A stretch of 39,354 nt of DNA from positions 1 to 39,354 of the forward strand of contig JALAGF010002275.1 of assembly GCA_030167865.1 (NCBI GenBank), given 5' to 3'. Within the stretch, counting starts at the first letter, position 1, and every line of letters starts with the position of its first letter. The notes under the pieces were generated by a model. The model did no database searches, was not told the origin of the DNA, and saw nothing but the letters and a program-made list of their open reading frames with translations. Shown here one piece after another: positions 32,054 to 39,354 of this stretch. The translations under genes were made by a program, and so were the position numbers. Source of the stretch: Craspedostauros australis. Lineage: Eukaryota.

Positions 32054-34627
32054 ATGAGACCGAACACAAGCCGCAGGCGAACGCCTCTGTGGCTGCAAGT
32101 CTCGGTGCTTGTGATGGCATATGAGTGCCTGCAGTCTTTTCAGAGCCAGCACCGCAACAGCCATGACAGCTGGAGCGCCACAATCATCCCTGGAGCCAAC
32201 GCCATCAATCTGGCATCCTCAGGACTGCAGACAGGGCCCAAGGCTGCTCCCTACTATGCCGGCGGCATGGCCTACGATCCGCTGAGCCACTTGGTCTACA
32301 TCACCGGCGCGACGTTCATGCAGCAGGACGACACCACCGTCTCCCCAACCTCCAACTGCTTCGTCAGCATCCTGCGGGCCCCCTCCGTTGCCACGAAGGA
32401 CCAGTTCCAGCTCATCCAGGAGCAGGAGATCGGAACGGCGGCTGCCAACGAGGCGTGCTTCGGCATCACCATCAACCCTCGCATTCCCAACGACGATCCA
32501 AGCAACGATCCAAGCAACGATCCAAACGGAAATGCCAACAACGGCCCCATCGGCGCCACGCAGGACAGCCAAGTTCCCACCACGCAGAGCGCGTACATCC
32601 TGGGCACGTCGGAGGAGGGAGGCGTGCTCACCGATCTCAGAAACAAAGGCTCCGACAAGGTCACGCAGTACGGAACCATCCTCAACTTGGGCTTCTCGGG
32701 GTCCGGTCAGGGTCGTCTGTACGGCGGCCATCTCCTGCACGGATCCCCCGTCAGCTACCCCGTCGCGGCCGTGGCCGACAGATCGGCAGCCACCGAGACC
32801 ACCACCAAATACGTCTACGTCGTCTCCATGACGTCCGAAAGCAACAAGATCTCGGCGCACTACACGCGCGACGTCGACGACGAGACGCAGTACCCCAATC
32901 TCACCAGAGGCGGCCCCACGCCCAAGTTCGGCACGGACTTCGAACTGCTCGTGGAGCGCATGCAAGTGGAGGAGACCCGCATCGACAACGGCGACACCAA
33001 CGAGATCGAGACGCTGCTTCCCACGTGGCGCAAGCCATTGGCGACGGCCAAGTCCTCCGTCCTCGTCTCGGGCATGATCCAATCCTCCCTGGGCTCCAAC
33101 GCCCTCATCCTCGCGGGTTCGGCCAAGGGGGCCAGTCCCTTGATCGGGCCCACGCCGGATGGCCTCTCGCCGGACAGGTGGAGCGGGTTCCTCCTCCTCC
33201 TCGATCCCAACGACGGCACCAAGATTCAGAGCCAGAGATTTGCCACCACCGACGATGAGCACGTGGAGATCCTGGGCATCTGCAACAGGGATGGCAACGG
33301 ATACACCAGCACCGCGCCCAGCGCCAACGATATTGGCGACTTCGTCTACCTCGTCGGTGCCACATCCGGCACCATGGAGAATTCTGGAAAGACGCATCCG
33401 CCGACGGAGAATCAGGTCGATGCCGCCGTCATCAAGATCAAGGTCTCCACGCTAGAGGTGGAATGGGTGCAGCAGTTCCGCGCCGCCGATTCGAACACAC
33501 CCACGTCGCAGGAGACCGACCTTATCGAGACCTTCGCGGTCGACTGCGTCGTGTCCAACGATGGCAGCACCGTCTTCGTGGGCGGCAACGTCGAGAATGA
33601 CATGTACATGGTCGACTCGGATGTCACGGACTCTGCAGGATGGGACGATGTTTGGATCGCGTCGCTGCAGACCGCCGACGGAAACCTCAACTGGATGAAG
33701 CAGATGGGAACATCCTGGACGGATCGTCTGGCGCGCGGCGGTGCCCTCATGGTAGATGAGAATGATCATGTCATCGTGTACGGCGACACCACGGGAGGCT
33801 TCTACCGCAACAGAGACGAAGGCGAGCCCTTGGTCAAGATAGACAAGTTCCCGGAGGACAACACCTACATCTCAGACATCTTCCTCTTCACCATCGACGC
33901 GAATGGCAATTACCTCAAAGTCACCGAGCAGACGGGTACCGAGGGCCAGAATCATCATGACACCCCCACACAACCGCCCATCATCCTCGCGACCGATCCT
34001 CCAATCGCGGCTCCCACGGACACCTCCGACGATGCCAACAACAACAGCAGCAACAACAACACCAGCGATGGTGATGACGAAGTGCCAACGGCACGGTACC
34101 GATTCATGGTCGTCGCGTTTGTCTTCGCCTCCATCCTCGCTTGCGTGGCTTTCATGTGCGCGCGCCGAAGCCAGCAGGAGAAGGACAGCGTCACGGAGCG
34201 CAGCCACGTCTTCGCCTACCTGCAGAGCTTCGACGTCGAGGATGTGGATCTGAGACATTCCGCCACGGGGGGTTGGCACGGGACCTACGTCAACAACCTC
34301 GCGCACGGTGTCAACAAGGCGGATCCCAACGACGTCGAGCGTCTCGGCCAGCGATACGAAACGTCGCCCCTCACGCATTCCAGCGTGGTGCGTGATTCCC
34401 TCTTCATGGACGTGGATTCGCGACCCAGCCTCGGCGGCACCAGCAGCGAGGACGATCTCGACAACGACATTGACATCAGCATCGATCCCGATCTAGATGA
34501 CGACGACGATGCCAGCGCGGGATACGACAGCCTCGTCGGCGCTTACAACGATCTGCAGCCGAGGTCGTACCGAGATCGCAAGGCGAGCCTGTCGAAGGAT
34601 AAACCATGGGGGAAGGACATTGTCTAG
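32054..34627 (+). CDS. Type I membrane protein with predicted beta-propeller ectodomain, 857 aa
   Basis: N-terminal hydrophobic signal-like segment. Repeated blade-like motifs (LVYITGAT, AYILGTS, LILAGSA, VYLVGATSG, VFVGGNV, VIVYGDTTG; WVQQF, WMKQMGT) resembling SBBP-type propellers. TM FMVVAFVFASILACVAFMCA (~34103-34162), acidic cytosolic tail, strong GC3 bias. Confidence 0.8.
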   Translation: MRPNTSRRRTPLWLQVSVLVMAYECLQSFQSQHRNSHDSWSATIIPGANAINLASSGLQTGPKAAPYYAGGMAYDPLSHLVYITGATFMQQDDTTVSPTSNCFVSILRAPSVATKDQFQLIQEQEIGTAAANEACFGITINPRIPNDDPSNDPSNDPNGNANNGPIGATQDSQVPTTQSAYILGTSEEGGVLTDLRNKGSDKVTQYGTILNLGFSGSGQGRLYGGHLLHGSPVSYPVAAVADRSAATETTTKYVYVVSMTSESNKISAHYTRDVDDETQYPNLTRGGPTPKFGTDFELLVERMQVEETRIDNGDTNEIETLLPTWRKPLATAKSSVLVSGMIQSSLGSNALILAGSAKGASPLIGPTPDGLSPDRWSGFLLLLDPNDGTKIQSQRFATTDDEHVEILGICNRDGNGYTSTAPSANDIGDFVYLVGATSGTMENSGKTHPPTENQVDAAVIKIKVSTLEVEWVQQFRAADSNTPTSQETDLIETFAVDCVVSNDGSTVFVGGNVENDMYMVDSDVTDSAGWDDVWIASLQTADGNLNWMKQMGTSWTDRLARGGALMVDENDHVIVYGDTTGGFYRNRDEGEPLVKIDKFPEDNTYISDIFLFTIDANGNYLKVTEQTGTEGQNHHDTPTQPPIILATDPPIAAPTDTSDDANNNSSNNNTSDGDDEVPTARYRFMVVAFVFASILACVAFMCARRSQQEKDSVTERSHVFAYLQSFDVEDVDLRHSATGGWHGTYVNNLAHGVNKADPNDVERLGQRYETSPLTHSSVVRDSLFMDVDSRPSLGGTSSEDDLDNDIDISIDPDLDDDDDASAGYDSLVGAYNDLQPRSYRDRKASLSKDKPWGKDIV

Positions 34628-35184
34628 AGAGAGAGTAGAGAGTGTGTGTGTGTGTGTAGAGCCAGGGTGGATTGATGGCGGAACATCGTTTAAGAAAAAC
34701 GTCGCTCCTGCAGAGAACAGATCATCTTGGGCGATGAATGCAAGCATCAGAAGCCACCAAATGTGGAAACATCAGACACAGGCACGGCACAAGCCAAGCC
34801 AAGCAAGAGCGCACCAACATGCATACAACGCGTGCGCAATGTACAATACTCAATCAATTTGAACGAATACGAATATAGAGAACAGAATGTTTCAAACATT
34901 ACTCGCATGCCGTGAACATGCGGTTGGCAGAGTGCACTGTCTTTTGCTCCATCATAGATGTTGCGAATGGTGCAGGACATGTGATTGCGTTCGCTGCCAT
35001 CAAATAAGTGAAACATATAATAGCATTCTCAAGACATGGTCAGAGTAGAGAAGAATAGGTTGGGATGATGGTATGAAATACGACTACTAATCGTTGTTGC
35101 TTATTGGTACTGCTCAATGCTGGGTACGTGATCTGCATACTCTTCCGCATAGTTTCCCTCCTGCTCCGCTCGATTTGGAATAGT

Positions 35185-35829
35185 TCATGACAAACCCATG
35201 AGAACGAGAAGGATGAAGAGGACGAAGAGACCAGCAACGGTGAGCTGCAATCTCCAGACGGACTGATCTTCCCGCAGCTGCGCCGCGCGACGCGTCTCGG
35301 CATCCAGGCTGGCGTGGGCGCTGTCGAGATTGGTCTCCATGTCGTTGAGCAAGCGGTTGTGCAGGTTGGTCTCGTCCCCGATCATCTGCGTCTGATCCTT
35401 GAGACGTCCCATGCCGACGGCCAGCTCGTCGATCATATTGTCCTGCTGCTGCATGGCCACCTGCATGCGCGATTGTGGTGCTTGGGCGGCAGGTGCGCCT
35501 CCTGGTGCGGCGTTGTTGCCGCTGCCCGGTGGTTGGTACGACATGCTGGCTGGGTCGTTGGTCGAGTTGTTGGAATCTGTCTTCACGAAGACGGCGTCGG
35601 ATGAGGATGGATTCTGGAGATGCAAGACAAGCCGGCGACGTCGTTCAAATTCGTTGAGAGACAGTGGGAGAGAGCCGAGAGAGGTTTGCAAGCGTGAGAG
35701 ACCCTGAGACAAAGCCCGGTTGCGTTCCGGTGATTTCATGCTGCCAGGCAAGCCGGCAGTTCGCTGCTGGGATGCGGCCCGTGCCAAGCGAGCGTATTCA
35801 TTGTCCCATGCCGCGATGCTTTCCTGCAT
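35185..35829 (-). CDS. Qc-SNARE, syntaxin-8/SYP5-like, 214 aa
   Basis: N-terminal helical bundle (LSLNEFERRRRLV), SNARE motif QQQDNMIDELAVGMGRLKDQTQMIGDETNLHNRLLNDM and C-terminal TM anchor. An in-frame stop lies just upstream of ATG 35829. Confidence 0.85.
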   Translation of the reverse strand: MQESIAAWDNEYARLARAASQQRTAGLPGSMKSPERNRALSQGLSRLQTSLGSLPLSLNEFERRRRLVLHLQNPSSSDAVFVKTDSNNSTNDPASMSYQPPGSGNNAAPGGAPAAQAPQSRMQVAMQQQDNMIDELAVGMGRLKDQTQMIGDETNLHNRLLNDMETNLDSAHASLDAETRRAAQLREDQSVWRLQLTVAGLFVLFILLVLMGLS

Positions 35830-35892
35830 CTTGCGTCCGCCTTTTGGCTATTGCTATTGCTGTGGTTGTTGTTGTTGTTGCTGTTGTTGGTG

Positions 35893-35950
35893 GTGGCAAC
35901 AGTAGTCCTTGTGGCAACAGTAGTCCTTGTGGCAACAGTAGTCCTTGTGG
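35893..35950. repeat. Perfect 18-bp minisatellite (GTGGCAACAGTAGTCCTT) x3.2 upstream of the SNARE start codon
   Basis: Three exact copies at 35893, 35911 and 35929, plus a partial GTGG. Confidence 0.9.
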
Positions 35951-37005
35951 TGGCTTTGCCTGATTTCCCAATGCCAATAGGACACTGATACTACTATCAC
36001 ACGAGGATAACAGGTGCGGTTCCTCCTTCAAGTAGAAAGAGCTGGTTGGAATCTGCGACAGCGCACGATGCGACTCGTACGTGCAGGTAGGTATGGCAAG
36101 CTGTTGATTCGGCTGTATCAATAAACGTATGCCTTCCCTCTTGCAGTCTCAATCGCTGTACGATACTCGTATGAATGATACCTCTCCACGAGTACGAGGA
36201 TAGTATTATACGAGCGTAGGCTCACACCACCACCAACACCACCAACACCACCAACAGATGGCGAAATGGCGCAAGCGCGAACCACGACTTGATCTCCCGC
36301 TTCTGGCAACGAAATTGATCAGAGGCAAGCGGTTTCCTGTAGGAACCTGCTCTGCTTCGTTGCAATCCGTTCGGCTCTGGCGATCAACTCTGAATGAAGC
36401 AAGGCGCCGAGACTTGCTCCTGCTCTTGACGATGTTATTCCTGTTGCTATTGCGGTTGCGCACAAGGTACGAGTATGGACATGGCAAAGCAAGAAGCAGG
36501 CAAAGACGCGACGAAAACAACGGGCGGCCATGCACGCGAGCATCTCCTCACCTTGCTTCCTTCGTTTGTTTTTGTGTGCACAACACAGAACGTGAGGCGC
36601 TTCGCCGTGTTGTAGTGGTATCGTGTTTGTCCACGTTGCTTCTTCTTGGCGTGTGGTTTGTGCGCTGTCTTCGCAGGCGTTCTCCTCGCAGCGAAGTTGC
36701 GTCCAATGACCAAATCGATTCAACCAAGATGAGTATACACGACTAAACGATGCATTCAATCCCACCAACACACCCTCACGAAATCCCACACACAAACAAG
36801 AAAACGAAGATCCAAACTTGTCACACAACATGAACAACAACAAGAGGAGATGCAGGTTGTAAGCAAACAGATCAACAGATCAACAGACCAATCTTCGTGA
36901 ACCTAGAAAACGTACTACTACTAGTATCAGGAGAGGCGACATCAAGAAGTGCAGTCTTCCTCATTGCACAAGAAGAAGAGGTCGAATAGGACAAGCAAAT
37001 CCATC

Positions 37006-38364
37006 ATGGAACGCGGCACGGTCCGCAGCACTGTCAGTAGCACTGTTGATATCGGTAGCAACAATTCTGGTGGTACTCGTGCGAGGATGAACGATGGGAA
37101 TGGCGAGGGACGCTTCTTGTACGACAACGACTGGCGGCGGAAGAAGGCCAAGAAAGCACGTGAGCTCCGCTTGGCGACGCTGGAGGCGGCCGTCAGAGTG
37201 CGAGACGAGGCGGGATTGCACGAGGTCATCATCGGAGCCGAAGAGTGGCAGGCTCTGATCCAAGATGGCCTCACGGGCGATGAATTTGCAATATTCATGA
37301 AACGCCATGCTGCGATCTGGATAGGATTGCTTCTGATCACCAGGAATGGCGAGTATTCCCATCATCGGCGCATCGTTTCCCTTTCCCACTTCGTCTGCAT
37401 CCGTTGTTTGCGCTTAAATGGCCTCACTCCGGCAGGTGTCTCAACTGTCGCACAGCTTGCCAAGCTGTACAGCTCTCTCAGCATCGATGCCGATGACAGG
37501 CAAATCACCGTCAATCGAGCCCCACGTGTCATTCATCCGCTCCTAGATGCGATGTGCGACGGCGTGCAATTGGAGAAGCTCGATCTCATCTGCTGCAGGT
37601 CTCTGGATGACGAAACCTCCCGTTCTATTGGGCAACTCAGGTGCAAGGAGATCATGTTCTGGACGTGCTCCTTCTCGGATGTGGGGCAGACCTTCATGGA
37701 GACCCTGTCTCTGTCTTCCAATCGCGCCATTCTGCAAAAACTCAGCTTCAACCGAACTTCCATCGCGGACATCCGCGGGTCGCGGGACAAGCAAGCGATC
37801 GCGCCCCGCATCTTCGCCAACGACTCGATGGAAAATGCTCCGGAGCAGCAAACGCAAGATTGGTTCTTTGGTGCGGTGCGTGCCTGCGAGCATCTGCGTG
37901 AACTTGTCGTCACAGGCATGTTCGATCGATCCGCGTGGAGGCGACTGCTGCTGGGGATCCTTCAAACGCGATCCTTGACGCATGCAAGGCTGCGTCGGTC
38001 TCCTAAGCTCGGTGAGGATTCGGGAGAGGCAGAAGGAATACACGACATCGACATCGACAACGACATCATCCCACCGTTCGATAAAGCCATCATGGATGCG
38101 TTTCGGCGCAACACGTGGTTGTTGCAATTGCGTCAAAAGCAGCTGCCACCCGCAGCGCAGCAGTTTCTGCGCAACATCGAGCAGAGAAACAGCAGCGCAT
38201 TGCAGGCTCGCGCATTGGTCACGGCCATCGAATCGGGGACGATCGGTGTCTCGGTCCTTGCCAGGGTTCTGTCGCAGAACTGCTGCTTGGGGCAACATCC
38301 AACGAGCGTCTACGATCTGCTCTGTCGATACCATCACATGATCTGCCAACGTAGACAATCGTAG
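37006..38364 (+). CDS. Hypothetical protein with degenerate RNI-like LRRs; probable in-frame GC-AG intron at 37349-37435
   Basis: 1.36-kb ORF from the first ATG at 37006. LxxLxL-like units (LEKLDLICC, LQKLSFN, LRELVVTG, LTHARL) and a C-terminus of the type seen in diatom RNI-like orphans (FRRNTWLLQL...NIEQRN...VLARVL...VYDLL). Confidence 0.65.
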   Translation: MERGTVRSTVSSTVDIGSNNSGGTRARMNDGNGEGRFLYDNDWRRKKAKKARELRLATLEAAVRVRDEAGLHEVIIGAEEWQALIQDGLTGDEFAIFMKRHAAIWIGLLLITRNGEYSHHRRIVSLSHFVCIRCLRLNGLTPAGVSTVAQLAKLYSSLSIDADDRQITVNRAPRVIHPLLDAMCDGVQLEKLDLICCRSLDDETSRSIGQLRCKEIMFWTCSFSDVGQTFMETLSLSSNRAILQKLSFNRTSIADIRGSRDKQAIAPRIFANDSMENAPEQQTQDWFFGAVRACEHLRELVVTGMFDRSAWRRLLLGILQTRSLTHARLRRSPKLGEDSGEAEGIHDIDIDNDIIPPFDKAIMDAFRRNTWLLQLRQKQLPPAAQQFLRNIEQRNSSALQARALVTAIESGTIGVSVLARVLSQNCCLGQHPTSVYDLLCRYHHMICQRRQS

Positions 38365-39264
38365 ATTGTTCGTACGGTGCCTCGTGGGATGTAAAGGACG
38401 CAAACACTGCGTTGGATGGATACTACTCATACCGTACAAGCGCAAGTACCACCATGAATAGAAGAAATGCATCCCTCTTTGGAGCTTGTTTCACGTGCAA
38501 TATTGGTATGCCTGTCCTGCAACCATTATGGTCGTGTTTTGGAATAATAGAGAGTGATCGCTTGTGACTATACTGACTTCCAGGGTACAAGATAACCTGA
38601 TACGGATATTTTTCGGAAGGGGAACAAAGGGCCACTTTGGGACTCCTATTTCACACGCCATGTATCTCCAACAGTCCCACAGTAAGATATTATATAACAT
38701 TATACATCATAACACCACCACCATCGTCTATTATTCTACAATATAGCAGAGTATCTGTGCGCGGAACTTGCCAACAGCCACGGCACTGAGTTACTACAAG
38801 CAGGACTCTGTCACGAATCAGTCCTGTGCAGCTTCAGTACTCGAGACTCAACAGAAACTGTGACATGACTCAAGGGAGCTGATTGCGAAACCCTCTTTGA
38901 GGACACTTTTTGACTACACGCGGATTCGAGTCGCAAGCAGAATGTCTGAAGGACATGACAACCAAGACTAATTTAATCGCAATCGTGACAATCGCTGTTC
39001 GTCAGTCCGTCAACAATTCTGTCCGACTTCTCCTGTCCAGGGAGCCATCGTAAAAGTTACAAAATAAAACGTTTTGTATTTAGGTCACGAATTATCAACG
39101 TTTCGTTACAGTCGAGTAAATCGACAACGGCAATCCCTTTGGTGGTCGGATGGCGACTGTGGCAAGTCAGGTTTGTTGTGTTCGTTCCTGTTGCTACTAT
39201 CGGTGTTGGCTTATTCTAGTAGCGCACTGACTTGGTTCTGTTTGTTTGTGGGTGTTGTTGTTGA

Positions 39265-39288
39265 TGTGTGTGTGTGTGTGTGTGTGTG
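39265..39288. repeat. Microsatellite (TG)12
   Basis: Read directly. Confidence 0.85.
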
Positions 39289-39354
39289 TTTTGGTTGGTG
39301 CTCATTTGTTGCCCATTGTGCGCTTTTCACTGCCTGATGTGTTGTTGAGCGAGC

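Noticed and set aside
32219-33397. 392-aa antisense ORF
   Set aside because: Shadow of the GC3-rich beta-propeller gene.
14222-35829. Apparent cluster of endomembrane genes (VPS50, GT47, membrane receptor, Qc-SNARE)
   Set aside because: Interspersed with unrelated genes on both strands; there is no evidence of co-regulation without synteny or expression data.
38560-38830. U3-like GACTATACT start at ~38566 and a CAGGACT/AGTCCTG hairpin at 38801-38826
   Set aside because: U3 box A and the downstream boxes are absent; an isolated 7-bp stem is not enough to call an element.

Overview
Eukaryotic nuclear DNA, most likely from a diatom. This is an inference from spliceosomal GT-AG introns, microsatellites and the gene families present (helicase-associated-domain protein, CRAL-TRIO/DUF6824-type protein, TM-LRR receptor-like protein); the species cannot be determined from the sequence. 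I can support about ten protein-coding genes: a 5-exon type II membrane LRR protein, an orphan coiled-coil protein, an HA-domain protein, a very large 3-exon VPS50/syndetin, a GT47 exostosin-like glycosyltransferase, a CRAL-TRIO-like + DUF6824 protein, a tandem U-box protein, a beta-propeller membrane protein, a Qc-SNARE and an RNI/LRR-like orphan. There are two divergent tRNA loci. One is an ordinary tRNA-Lys(CTT) at 2854-2926. The other, and the standout finding, is a circularly permuted tRNA-Cys(GCA) gene on the minus strand at 2167-2244: its 3' half lies upstream of its 5' half, joined by a 6-nt spacer, with an upstream TATA-like box, a relaxed BHB-like junction and a downstream oligo-T terminator. 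All family calls come from motif recognition by eye, not from database searches.
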